Below are positions 52,489 through 61,500 of a DNA stretch of 64,000 nucleotides, one piece after another (position 1 is the stretch's first letter; each line of letters begins with the position of its first letter). The stretch is taken from the NCBI GenBank assembly GCA_040882255.1, contig JBBEBP010000017.1, positions 22,870 through 86,869 of the forward strand, read 5' to 3'. The notes beneath the pieces were generated by a model. The model was not told the DNA's origin. It saw only the letters and a list, made by a program, of their open reading frames with translations, and did not search any database. Source of the stretch: Pseudohongiellaceae bacterium. Its GTDB lineage: Bacteria; Pseudomonadota; Gammaproteobacteria; Pseudomonadales; Pseudohongiellaceae. A program made the translations under genes and the position numbers.

Positions 52489-52649
52489 TGGTCCATGCGG
52501 TTAATTCTGTAACTTCCAGAGAGCCTGTGCTGGCGCGAATCAAGGCGTGTTTCGCTGGCAAGGGTAGCTCCCTTGGCAAGAAACACAACGCCGAGTCGCA
52601 CCAGCACAGGCTCTCTGGAAGTTACAGAATTAACCGCATGGACCACTAG
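52485..52649. repeat. 165-bp near-perfect palindromic intergenic element E2, flanked by CTAG (same architecture as E1)
   Basis: Arms 52485-52538 and 52596-52649 pair at 53/54 positions (CTAGTGGTCCATGCGGTTAATTCTGTAACTTCCAGAGAGCCTGTGCTGGyGCGA). Inner stems GGCGTGTTTC/GAAACACaaCGCC and CAAGGG/CCCTTG. The left CTAG contains the fabY TAG stop. Confidence 0.85.
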
Positions 52650-52653
52650 CTCC

Positions 52654-54180
52654 CTAACGCACTGTGACCGGCTGCGCCTCGGCGATTTTTGCCTTCCATT
52701 CCGCCGGCCCGGTCTGATGCACGGCAGTGCCGTTGACATCCACAGCCACAGTCACCGGCATGTCCTCGACCTCGAACTCATGGATGGCTTCCATGCCCAG
52801 CTCTTCGAAAGCCACAATCCGGGCGCTGCGGATCGCCTTGGACACCAGATAGGCCGCGCCGCCCACCGCCATCAGATAGACCGCGCGATGCTTGCGGATC
52901 GCCTCGATGGCGACGGGGCCTCGTTCTGCCTTGCCGATCATGCCCAACAGTCCGGTTTGCGCCAGCATGGGCTCGGTGAACTTGTCCATGCGGGTGGCGG
53001 TGGTCGGACCGGCGGGACCAATCACCTCCTCGCGCACCGGATCGACCGGCCCCACGTAATAGATGAAGCGCCCCTTCAGGTCGACACCCTCGGGAAGAGA
53101 CTCTCCCCGCTCGAACATCTCCACCATGCGCTTGTGCGCAGCATCACGTCCGGTCAGCATTTTCCCGGACAGTAACAGGGTTTCACCCGGCTGCCACTGC
53201 GCCACGTCTTCTGCCGTCACGGTATCCAGATTGACACGCCGCGCCCGCGGACCGGCATCCCAGGTGATCTCGGGCCAGTCTTCCAGCTTCGGCGGCTGCA
53301 AATGGGCCGGGCCATCCCCCGTCAACGTGAAATGCGCATGCCGGGTGGCCGCACAATTGGGGATCATCGCCACCGGCAGGGAGGCCGCGTGCGTGGGATA
53401 GTCCTTTATCTTCACATCCAATACCGTGGTCAGCCCGCCCAGGCCCTGGGCACCGATTCCCAGTGCATTGACGCGGTCCATGATCTTCAGCCGCAGCTCA
53501 TCCACCCGATTCCGAGGTCCCCGCTTCCGCAACTCGTGAATATCCACGGGGTCCATCAGGGATTCCTTGGCCAGCACGGCGGCTTTTTCCGCCGTGCCGC
53601 CAATGCCGATACCCAGCATACCCGGCGGACACCAGCCGGCGCCCATGGTGGGCACGGTCTTCACCACCCAGTCCACGATACTGTCACTGGGATTGAGCAT
53701 GACCATCTTTGCCTTGTTCTCGCTGCCACCGCCCTTGGCAGCCACCGTGACTTCTACCCCATCGCCCGGCACCACCTCCATGTGGATCACAGCCGGGGTA
53801 TTGTCCCCGGTATTGCGCCTGGCCCCGGCCGGGTCCTCCAGGATGGACGCGCGCAGTAGGTTGTCCGGGTGCAGGTAGGCACGCCGTACACCTTCGTTGA
53901 CCATATCGGCGACGCTCAGTTCGCTCTCCCACTGCACATTCATGCCGATTTTCAGGAACACGGTGACGATCCCGGTGTCCTGACAGATAGGACGCTGGCC
54001 TTCGGCGCAGAGCCGCGAGTTGATCAGGATCTGGGCCATGGCATCACGGGCGGCCAGGGACTCCTCACGCTCGTAGGCCTCGTTGACGGCCTGGATGAAG
54101 TCCAGCGGATGGTAGTAGGAAATATATTGCAGCGCGTCGGCCACGCTCTGGATCATGTCGTCCTGTCGGATGATGGTCAT
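52654..54180 (-). CDS. fumA: Class I (Fe-S) fumarate hydratase
   Basis: 508 aa fused alpha/beta type. The CQDTGIV motif in the N-terminal half. Confidence 0.92.
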   Translation of the reverse strand: MTIIRQDDMIQSVADALQYISYYHPLDFIQAVNEAYEREESLAARDAMAQILINSRLCAEGQRPICQDTGIVTVFLKIGMNVQWESELSVADMVNEGVRRAYLHPDNLLRASILEDPAGARRNTGDNTPAVIHMEVVPGDGVEVTVAAKGGGSENKAKMVMLNPSDSIVDWVVKTVPTMGAGWCPPGMLGIGIGGTAEKAAVLAKESLMDPVDIHELRKRGPRNRVDELRLKIMDRVNALGIGAQGLGGLTTVLDVKIKDYPTHAASLPVAMIPNCAATRHAHFTLTGDGPAHLQPPKLEDWPEITWDAGPRARRVNLDTVTAEDVAQWQPGETLLLSGKMLTGRDAAHKRMVEMFERGESLPEGVDLKGRFIYYVGPVDPVREEVIGPAGPTTATRMDKFTEPMLAQTGLLGMIGKAERGPVAIEAIRKHRAVYLMAVGGAAYLVSKAIRSARIVAFEELGMEAIHEFEVEDMPVTVAVDVNGTAVHQTGPAEWKAKIAEAQPVTVR

Positions 54181-54295
54181 GGGCAGGGTCCTGTCCGGTC
54201 AGATCGTCTGGAAAATGCGGGCGATTTTATCACAGGAATCCGGCGTGGGGGGCGGGCGGCTGGAGTGGAAACGATTCATCTATTACAATGAGACT

Positions 54296-54311
54296 TGTGA
54301 TCCAGTTCACA
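54296..54311. promoter_or_regulatory. Consensus CRP/Vfr-type site TGTGA-N6-TCACA
   Basis: TGTGAtccagtTCACA has both half-sites perfect. It lies in the divergent fumA / enoyl-CoA hydratase intergenic region, 116 nt from the fumA ATG and 58 nt from the hydratase ATG. Confidence 0.5.
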
Positions 54312-54368
54312 TTCCAGATTCCGGCGTCCACCACACGGAGCGGACGCCACAGGCAGCAGGAGCCTTGC

Positions 54369-55130
54369 ATGACCACAGACCAGGAGCCGAACATTCTTCA
54401 GCACCGCCACGACGGCGTGCTGACACTGCAGATCCGGCGACCGGAGAAAAAGAACGCCCTGACGCGTTCCATGTACCGGGCACTGGCAGAGGGCCTGCGG
54501 AGCGCGGACGCGGATGACGAAGTGCGGGTGGTGCTGATCCGTGGCGAGGAAGACTGCTTCACCAGCGGCAATGACGTCAATGACTTCGTCAACGTCCCGG
54601 ACGCGGACGAGGAACGTCCCTCCGTGCAGTTCATGCAGGCCATCAGCGGCGCGCGCAAGCCGGTGATCGCCGCCGTGGGCGGACTGGCCATCGGTATCGG
54701 TACCACCCTGCTGTTCCACTGTGACCTGGTGTATGCCGGAGAGAACGCCTTCATGCAACTGCCGTTCACCCGCCTCGGCCTGTGCCCGGAAGCCGGCTCC
54801 AGCTACCTGCTTCCACTGATCGCCGGACACCAGCGTGCCAGCGAATTGCTGCTGTTGGGCGAGCGTTTTTCCGCACAGAAGGCTCAGGAATTCGGCATCG
54901 TCAATGAAGTGCTGCCGGATGCCGGCTACCTGGAACATGCCATGAACCGTGCGCTTGAGCTGGCCGGCCTGCCGGGCGAGGCTGTACAGACCTCCAAGGC
55001 CCTGATCAAGGCGTCACAACAGCCCACCCTCACCGGGGTCATCGACACGGAGCTGGCCGAGTTCTCGCGATTGCTGCAGACCGACGAGGCCCAGGCCATC
55101 ATGCAGTCTTTTCTCAACCGCAGGAAATGA
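54369..55130 (+). CDS. Enoyl-CoA hydratase/isomerase (crotonase) family protein
   Basis: GVLTLQIRRPEKKNALT ... FTSGNDVNDF ... KPVIAAVGGLAIGIGTTLLFHCDLVYA matches the crotonase fold pattern. Start at ATG 54369. The ORF is open to 54288. Confidence 0.85.
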   Translation: MTTDQEPNILQHRHDGVLTLQIRRPEKKNALTRSMYRALAEGLRSADADDEVRVVLIRGEEDCFTSGNDVNDFVNVPDADEERPSVQFMQAISGARKPVIAAVGGLAIGIGTTLLFHCDLVYAGENAFMQLPFTRLGLCPEAGSSYLLPLIAGHQRASELLLLGERFSAQKAQEFGIVNEVLPDAGYLEHAMNRALELAGLPGEAVQTSKALIKASQQPTLTGVIDTELAEFSRLLQTDEAQAIMQSFLNRRK

Positions 55131-55166
55131 ACCGGGACCGCAGACGGAACCGCCATGACCGCTCCT

Positions 55167-55448
55167 TCACGAACCCGACAGACGATCGCGCGCAGCATTG
55201 ATGCGCTGGGCCAGATAGTCAGAGCCCCCATGATCGGGATGCAGTTTCTGTAACAGGCGCCGGTGGGCCTGTTGCACCTCTTCCAGACTGGCACCTTCCG
55301 GCAATCCCAACACCTGCAGCGCTTCCGACCGGCTCATGGCAGGCGTACGCGGCTCACCAGCGACGGACTTCGGGGCACCTCGAAGGCGCTTCATCAACAG
55401 GATGATGCCCGCAATGAGCAGGGCAGCAAAAAGAAGGCGGGTGAACAT
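55167..55448 (-). CDS. Small membrane-anchored J-domain protein
   Basis: N-terminal TM MFTRLLFAALLIAGIILL. J-domain core ALQVLGLPEGASLEEVQQAHRRLLQKLHPDHGG with the HPD motif. Confidence 0.75.
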   Translation of the reverse strand: MFTRLLFAALLIAGIILLMKRLRGAPKSVAGEPRTPAMSRSEALQVLGLPEGASLEEVQQAHRRLLQKLHPDHGGSDYLAQRINAARDRLSGS

Positions 55449-55454
55449 CGCCTT

Positions 55455-55961
55455 TTACTGTTCCTCTTCCGCCAGCGCCTTCATGTTCGCCAGTGCCCGT
55501 TCGAAGGTGCTGCGGCGCTGTGCGATATCAGTTTGACGGGCCTGTTCATCAGCGAGGTTGGATTGGTCCAGCATCAGCGTGTAGATCAACCGCGCGCTCT
55601 GCTCATCCACCGGACGCGCTTCCAGAAACCCGTGGTACAGGTCGTAGAACTCGCCCTCCACTGCAGGCTGGGTGTAGCCGTAGGACAGATCGGTCTTCGC
55701 CACCATCGGCTCCACGATTCGGCCGCCGGCCAGAACACGCACCGTGCCGATACCGCCATCACCCGAGGTGATCTCGCAATCAATGCCCAGCCACTCGCCG
55801 ATGTCGCAGTAGTCACCGACGCGCGCCCATACCTCGTCGGCGGGCCGGTCGACATCGATCTCCATGTGAATGGTGGTGTATTCAGTCTGGGCGGAGGCGG
55901 TGGCGAACATGCCCAGTGTGAGCAGTGTGGCCAATGCGGCAGTCCTGGCTAAATGCTTCAT
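55455..55961 (-). CDS. Secreted SRPBCC (START/polyketide cyclase-like) family protein
   Basis: Signal peptide MKHLARTAALATLLTLGMFATASA. About 145-aa mature domain with the VWARVGDYCDIGEWL pattern typical of SRPBCC. Confidence 0.6.
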   Translation of the reverse strand: MKHLARTAALATLLTLGMFATASAQTEYTTIHMEIDVDRPADEVWARVGDYCDIGEWLGIDCEITSGDGGIGTVRVLAGGRIVEPMVAKTDLSYGYTQPAVEGEFYDLYHGFLEARPVDEQSARLIYTLMLDQSNLADEQARQTDIAQRRSTFERALANMKALAEEEQ

Positions 55962-55986
55962 TGTTCCTATCCTCGATTTTCAATGA

Positions 55987-56012
55987 TGGTGCGGACGGGG
56001 AGACTCGAACTC
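55987..56012 (-). repeat. Orphan 26-bp copy of the tRNA-Leu 3' end (distal att-type direct repeat)
   Basis: TGGTGCGGACGGGGAGACTCGAACTC is identical to 59136-59161 in the same orientation. Identity stops abruptly on both sides. Confidence 0.8.
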
Positions 56013-56162
56013 TCTCCGCATGATTTTACCGCACTTATCTAAAACTAAACCAGACCATTCAAGACTCTGATATCGGGGAGCTTTACCAGATATGAGAATT
56101 TTCATATTTGGTCTGTCAGGGCCTCTTGTGGTCTCCAAATGGGTCACGTTTGGGTCACGCTA

Positions 56163-56486
56163 TCAGTCGTGATAGTAGGTCTCCGTGGCTTCGAGAGCCT
56201 GAATGCCACCGGAGCGGGCACCACCACAGCAGACCGGGCTATCCGACGAAGCATGATTCGCCAACAAGTATAAGCTACAGTCTGCCAGGGAAGGCGACCA
56301 GCAGCTACTCGTCCTTTTGGTGGCCTGGGCGAATGAATACCCACGTGGCGCTTTTCGCCAGATTTCGGGACTGTGGTATAGTGCGGTGCCAGCGGCGTTC
56401 GATCTCATCACGGTCGTGCCCAACTCCGCTACCCTATGGAAAGTAGCGGTTGCCACACCTTCCTGATCCGAGAGAGGGATCGCCAC
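56163..56486 (-). pseudogene. Possible 3' remnant of a tyrosine recombinase (integrase) gene
   Basis: The 107-codon ORF ends 150 nt from the orphan att repeat and is transcribed toward it. The C-terminus GGIQALEATETYYHD loosely resembles LGH.S...T..YaH with the catalytic Tyr. No HxxR box is recognisable. This is a weak call. Confidence 0.2.
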
Positions 56487-56489
56487 TGC

Positions 56490-57872
56490 ATGCCAGAACA
56501 GCGCAATGACCGCGAGACCAGTGTCGAGGCGATCAGGGCCGACCTGCGGGACGGGGCATTCTCACGCGCGTTGAAAGCGATTGGCGATCTTCCGGAACAC
56601 CAGGGAAAGGATCCCGAGCTGTGGAGTCTCAAGGCCCGGTCCTTGCAGGGGCTATGGCGCTTCGAAGAAGCGGTAGCCACCTATCGCCAAGCGCTCGAAC
56701 GCTGCGACCGTCACCCCCGCCTGCTGCTGCAACTGGGTAATCTGTATACGCGACTGGGCTGCGGCGAGGAGGCCGTAGCCTGCTTCGAAGAGGCGCTGCA
56801 ACGCGCCCCCGCTCTGATTGACGCCTACCGCGGACTATTGAACTTCCGACCCATTGTGCCGGATTCCCTGGCGGCCCGGCGACTGGTGATACTCAGTCAG
56901 GATAAACGCCGGCCTGTCGCTATAAGGACAAGCGCATTTTTCCTGTTGGGCGAAATCCATGTTGATGCGGGCATGGATGAGCGCGGCTTCGAGTTTTACC
57001 AGGTCGCCAACCGGTTGGTCCTTGAAAGCGGCAAGGCGGGAAAGTACGAATATCGGGTCAGTCCGAATGCCGCGGCCATGACTGCGGAGTTTTTCCGGCG
57101 ACACGCACGAATGCAACGGGCTCAACCGCCTTGCCCGGCCCTAATCGTGGCCGGTCTGGCCCGCTCAGGGAAGAGCCTGGTGGAGAAACTGCTCACCGAA
57201 CACCCTCACATCAGCGCCGGGGGCGAGCTGGCTCTTGCCCGCAGCCTGGCGACCCACCTGGAGCACGGAGCCGATCTGGAATCCGTGGCTGCATGGGTGG
57301 TCCGGCAAACCGAGAGCCCGCTCGCACAGTGGTGCCCCCCTGTGCCGGGCACGGAGGGTACACAACTGATTGATACCTCACCAGCCAACCTGGGCAGACT
57401 TGGTTACCTCGGGCTGTTGCACCCGGAGGCTCCTATCGTGTTCTGCCGGCGGGACGCCATGGACCTGGGTGTATCTCTGTATTTCAAGAATTTCCGCAGC
57501 GGGCATCTCTTCAGCAATGACCTCGCGCGCACCGGGCGCGCCGTCGCGCTGGCAGAAAAGGTCATGGACCACTGGCTGACCGCTTTGCCAAACCCCATCG
57601 TAGACGTTGCGTACGAAACCCTTGTCCGCGACCCACAGGGTGTCCAGAGCCGAATGATCGAGCGGTTGGGGTTCGAGCCTCTGTCGGCGAAGCAGGATAC
57701 CGAATCGAAAGAGAATTACTGGCGACTGTTTCCCAGCCGCTCGGCTGACACAGTGGGCACGATCAGCCCAGAGCTGATTGGCTTCGCCAAACGGTTCTCC
57801 CGGCATCTGGAACCAATGGCAAAGGCTTATACAGAAGAAATGGCAAGGCCCGGATTGGCTGGCGCACAGTAG
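56490..57872 (+). CDS. TPR-repeat protein fused to a sulfotransferase domain
   Basis: N-terminal TPR-like repeats (WSLKARSLQGLWRFEEAVATYRQALE, LGNLYTRLGCGEEAVACFEEALQ). PAPS-binding 5'-PSB-like loop VAGLARSGKSLVEKLL. Start at ATG 56490. Confidence 0.75.
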   Translation: MPEQRNDRETSVEAIRADLRDGAFSRALKAIGDLPEHQGKDPELWSLKARSLQGLWRFEEAVATYRQALERCDRHPRLLLQLGNLYTRLGCGEEAVACFEEALQRAPALIDAYRGLLNFRPIVPDSLAARRLVILSQDKRRPVAIRTSAFFLLGEIHVDAGMDERGFEFYQVANRLVLESGKAGKYEYRVSPNAAAMTAEFFRRHARMQRAQPPCPALIVAGLARSGKSLVEKLLTEHPHISAGGELALARSLATHLEHGADLESVAAWVVRQTESPLAQWCPPVPGTEGTQLIDTSPANLGRLGYLGLLHPEAPIVFCRRDAMDLGVSLYFKNFRSGHLFSNDLARTGRAVALAEKVMDHWLTALPNPIVDVAYETLVRDPQGVQSRMIERLGFEPLSAKQDTESKENYWRLFPSRSADTVGTISPELIGFAKRFSRHLEPMAKAYTEEMARPGLAGAQ

Positions 57873-57949
57873 AGCCTGCAGGGGACACTAAAACAACAAC
57901 CCCGCTGCGGGTTTACCCGGGGCGGGGCGTGTCACTCGTGAAGGGTCAC

Positions 57950-58780
57950 TCAGGCGTGCTTCTTGCGCCTCGCGATACCAAGGCCGCCGAAACCAAGCCC
58001 CAACAGGAGCAATGTGCCGGGCAAAGGAACCGGGCTTGGGTCGCCTGCCCCACCATCGCCTACCAGGATATCCATGCTGGTTCGAGCCAGTTGCGTATCA
58101 CCGTCGAAGGCGGCAAGGGCAAAACTATAAGTGCCCTCAGCGGTGGGATCGAAGCCGCTAACGAACCAGTGGGGCTTCCAGGAATTCTGTGCGACGTTGT
58201 TGCTGGCGATCAGTGTTGCATACTCTGCATCGTTGCTTGCCTCAGTGCCACCGCCGTTGCCAGTGCTGTTGTCCCCGATGGCGTGATCGGCTAAGGGAAC
58301 GTTAATGGGATCGAATGAAGTGCCGTCGGGCAGCTCCAGTTGATACGTCAGGCTGTCGAGATTCCAGTCACTGGAATCCTGCAGCTCATCCTCGGAGGAC
58401 GAGGTCAGGGACTCGTCGTCCACGGCGTCGTCGAAACTCTCCCATGCCGTGTTGATCGACCATTCGAAACTCCACTCGGCAGTGGGAAAGCTCTCGCCGG
58501 GTGCCACTCCGGGATTGAAGCTGTAGGTGCCGTCGCCATTGCTGTTGAACGTGTTTTCGGGGTTGCCGGCGGCGTTGTGGCGCAACTTCCCGCGCAGTCC
58601 CAGCTCGACGCGGGGGCCCAACCCTGTAGTCCGGTCTACCGTAAATGAACCATTGGCGTTGCCGCTACCAAAGATGACGTCTGGCGTGACGTCCTCGTCA
58701 AAAAGGGGTGCTGCCGTCGCAGCTTGAGTTGCAGCTATCAGGGCGGCCGCGATGGCCGTGCGCTTGAATGTACGTTTCAT
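57950..58780 (-). CDS. Secreted acidic PEP-CTERM-anchored protein
   Basis: Signal peptide MKRTFKRTAIAAALIAATQAATA. C-terminus PSPVPLPGTLLLLGLGFGGLGIARRKKHA gives the PEP motif variant, a TM segment and a basic tail. The ORF is open to 58912. Confidence 0.8.
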   Translation of the reverse strand: MKRTFKRTAIAAALIAATQAATAAPLFDEDVTPDVIFGSGNANGSFTVDRTTGLGPRVELGLRGKLRHNAAGNPENTFNSNGDGTYSFNPGVAPGESFPTAEWSFEWSINTAWESFDDAVDDESLTSSSEDELQDSSDWNLDSLTYQLELPDGTSFDPINVPLADHAIGDNSTGNGGGTEASNDAEYATLIASNNVAQNSWKPHWFVSGFDPTAEGTYSFALAAFDGDTQLARTSMDILVGDGGAGDPSPVPLPGTLLLLGLGFGGLGIARRKKHA

Positions 58781-59135
58781 GAATAAACTCCTGTGAATTT
58801 CAATGGCTTCCAGGTGATATGCATGAGCAAATGCCTGCTCCTTCGCTGCGAAGACCGACCGTGCCTCCCTCCGTGGAGGCACTTCACCCGATCTGCTCAA
58901 GGACCTGCTCACTGTTATAACCTACTCAAGGCAGAAAGGATGCAAGTATTGTTCCGTACAAAACAAATCCTTTTTTATCAGTGACTTGGGAGATCGAGCG
59001 CAACGGGTGACAGGATTTCAGGTCGCCAGATGTAAAAAATTCCGACAGTGTGCCGTGGCGATCAACGATGCATCCCCCGACAGGAAAGATGCATATCGGT
59101 ACGCCGGGAGGCGCGCTGCATCGTCGGATGGCGAG

Positions 59136-59220
59136 TGGTGCGGACGGGGAGACTCGAACTCCCACACCTTGCGGCACTGGAACCTAAATCCAGCGTGTCT
59201 ACCAATTCCACCACGTCCGC
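59136..59220 (-). tRNA. tRNA-Leu (anticodon UAG)
   Basis: Reverse complement GCGGACGTGGTGGAATTGGTAGACACGCTGGATTTAGGTTCCAGTGCCGCAAGGTGTGGGAGTTCGAGTCTCCCCGTCCGCACCA. The 7-bp acceptor stem is GCGGACG/CGTCCGC. The anticodon stem is CTGGA/TCCAG with loop TTTAGGT. It has a long variable arm (class II), T-loop TTCGAGT and an encoded CCA. Confidence 0.93.
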
Positions 59221-59260
59221 TACAGGCAGGAACCCCCCATTGTACCGGGGGCCGTGGCTA

Positions 59261-60076
59261 TTATTCCAGCGTCTCGATGTCCTCCTGCAGCCGCCGGACC
59301 GTCTGATTCATCTGCAGGCGGTAGGCATCAATGGCCTCTACCGCCTCCTCTACACGGGTAAGGCGCTCGTTCAGCCCTCCGGAGGCCCCCTCGGCGCCTT
59401 CCAGGGTAGCCAGCGTCTCGCGCAGACTCATCAACTCGCGGGTGCGGCTCTGCAATGATTCGATCGTCTCCTGCACGGAAGCCATGCGCTGCACATCCCT
59501 CTCTACCTCATTGCGCAGCGTGCCCAGCGATTCGCGGTTGTCCTCCACCAGGTTGGTGGTCTGCACCAGCCGCTGGTTGGTCTCTTCCAGTATCGTGGTG
59601 TTTTCCTCCGTGGCCGTCTGGATATTGGCCACCCGGCCGGTCAGGTCATCGACATTACTGTTGGTGGCATTGCGGGCGGCCCACAGCTTGTCGATTTCCG
59701 AAAAGTTGAAGTCCAGTCGCTCGAGGATATTGGTGGTCGTTTCTTCCGCACTGTCCCCCACCGAGGCCAGGCGGTTTTCCAGGTCGGCGATACGGTTGCT
59801 GGCCTGCTGCAGATCCGCCGCGTTCTGTTGCTGGGTCATATAGGCCATGACGCCGCCTCCCAGCAATGCCACCGCCAGCACCGTCAGTGCGATTCGCATC
59901 GGCCAGCTACTGACCACGACACGATCCGCGTACTGGCCATGGTTGACCAGATCCGGCTGGCCGCGCTCGCGTTGCCGTGATACCAGCTCGTCACGGGGCG
60001 GCACCATGGGCGGGATGTCATCGAAATCATCCGTGTCCCGCGAAGAGTCGCTGGAAGGGTCTCTGGACTTGCTCAT
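59261..60076 (-). CDS. Hypothetical single-pass membrane protein with long coiled-coil ectodomain
   Basis: 271 aa. An acidic, disordered N-terminus, a TM segment (MRIALTVLAVALLGGGVMAY), then heptad-like Leu/Glu/Asn/Thr-rich sequence. I recognise no family. Confidence 0.6.
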   Translation of the reverse strand: MSKSRDPSSDSSRDTDDFDDIPPMVPPRDELVSRQRERGQPDLVNHGQYADRVVVSSWPMRIALTVLAVALLGGGVMAYMTQQQNAADLQQASNRIADLENRLASVGDSAEETTTNILERLDFNFSEIDKLWAARNATNSNVDDLTGRVANIQTATEENTTILEETNQRLVQTTNLVEDNRESLGTLRNEVERDVQRMASVQETIESLQSRTRELMSLRETLATLEGAEGASGGLNERLTRVEEAVEAIDAYRLQMNQTVRRLQEDIETLE

Positions 60077-60250
60077 GCCTGATGGCCTCTGCCCGGTCGG
60101 CCCGGGTCTGTGATTAATGGGAAACTGCCGCTATTGTAGACGCAACTCCACATGAACCGCAAAGCCCTGCAAGCGTCAGCAACCTTGAATGACAACACGT
60201 TGTAGTCTATCCTGACAGAATCATTTTCATGTCTTGAAACGAGGAATTCC

Positions 60251-60844
60251 ATGAAACTCGAACTACCCGATCTTCCCTATGCAGCGGATGCGCTGGAACC
60301 GCACATCTCCGCACAGACATTCAGCTTCCACCATGGCAAGCACCACAACACCTATGTCAATAAAGGCAATGAACTGCTGGCCGATGCCGGTGTGGATGCC
60401 GACAACCTGGAAGACCTGGTAAAGGCCTGTGCACAGAAAGGCGGGCCACTGTTCAACAACGTTGCCCAGCACTACAACCACGATTTCTTCTGGAAAAGCA
60501 TGAAACCCGAGGGCGGCGGCCAGCCCACCGGCGCCATCGCCGAAAAGATCAACCAGGACTTCGGCAGCTACGACGAGTTCAGGAAGCAGTTCATCGATGG
60601 TGGTGCCACGCAGTTCGGCAGCGGCTGGGTCTGGCTGGTCGCCGATGGCGGCAAGGTGAAAGTGGTCAAGACGGCCAACGCCAATACCCCACTGACCGAC
60701 GGCGCCACGCCGCTGCTGGTCTGCGATGTCTGGGAGCATGCCTATTATCTGGATTACCAGAACCGCCGTCCGGACTTCCTGTCCGCGTTTGTCGACAAGC
60801 TGATCAACTGGGACTTTGCCAACGAGAATCTGGCCAAAGCCTGA
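60251..60844 (+). CDS. sodB: Iron superoxide dismutase
   Basis: LPDLPYAADALEPHISAQTFSFHHGKHH and DVWEHAYYLDYQNRRPDF motifs. 197 aa. Confidence 0.93.
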   Translation: MKLELPDLPYAADALEPHISAQTFSFHHGKHHNTYVNKGNELLADAGVDADNLEDLVKACAQKGGPLFNNVAQHYNHDFFWKSMKPEGGGQPTGAIAEKINQDFGSYDEFRKQFIDGGATQFGSGWVWLVADGGKVKVVKTANANTPLTDGATPLLVCDVWEHAYYLDYQNRRPDFLSAFVDKLINWDFANENLAKA

Positions 60845-60861
60845 AGGTTGTGACCAGTGTA

Positions 60862-60892
60862 CCCCGCCGCCCGACCGGGCGGTGGGGTGTTT
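60862..60892 (+). terminator. Rho-independent terminator candidate after sodB
   Basis: CCCCGCCGCCC-gacc-GGGCGGTGGGG is an 11-bp stem with one G-U pair, followed by TGTTT. It lies between convergent sodB and the GDT1-family gene. Confidence 0.6.
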
Positions 60893-60909
60893 CCTCCCGG
60901 CAGTCTGCC

Positions 60910-61500
60910 TCAGGCCGCCAGCACGTTTTCCAGCAAAACCCATATCCCCAGTAGCGCAAACAATCCGGCGGCTCCCATTCTGAGGGCCCGTACCGGAAGT
61001 CGCCCGGCAAACTGCTGTCCCAGCCATATCGCCGGCGCATTGACGGCAACCACGCCCAGCACCGCGCCCGCCAGTACCGGCAGGATCATCTCGTAGCTGG
61101 CCGCCAGCGCCAGCGTGGCCACCTGGGTTTTGTCCGCCATTTCCAGCAGAAAGTAACCGAGTGCGGCGGTCACGAACACGCTGCGGCGGGAACGCTGTGG
61201 AGGCTCCTCTTCATCGCCTTGCGTTTTATCCCCGGACAGCAGCGCCCAGACGGCCATGCCGAGGAAAGCGAAACCCAGCACCCACGACACCCAGTCGCCG
61301 TCCAGCCAGGACCCGAGCAGTACCCCGGCCGTGGCGGCGATCCCCAGGTTGGCGGTCATACCGACCACCAGCCCCCAGAATACCAGCCAGGGCCGCTGAT
61401 ACCGCAGCGTCAACAGCACCCCCATCAGCATGCTCTTGTCGCCCACCTCGGCCAGACCGACCAGTCCCGCCGAAACGACCAGCGGCTCAAATACCGGCAT
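60910..61500 (-). CDS. TMEM165/GDT1 (UPF0016) family cation transporter
   Basis: Two E-x-G-D-K-(S/T)-type motifs, EVGDKSM and EMADKTQ, in a 6-TM protein of 196 aa. Confidence 0.82.
   Translation of the reverse strand: MPVFEPLVVSAGLVGLAEVGDKSMLMGVLLTLRYQRPWLVFWGLVVGMTANLGIAATAGVLLGSWLDGDWVSWVLGFAFLGMAVWALLSGDKTQGDEEEPPQRSRRSVFVTAALGYFLLEMADKTQVATLALAASYEMILPVLAGAVLGVVAVNAPAIWLGQQFAGRLPVRALRMGAAGLFALLGIWVLLENVLAA

Noticed and set aside
60200-60235. Fur-box-like AT-rich stretch (gacagaatcattttcatgtc) upstream of sodB
   Set aside because: It is a poor match to the 19-bp GATAATGATAATCATTATC consensus. FeSOD is usually regulated indirectly through small RNAs rather than by a direct Fur box.
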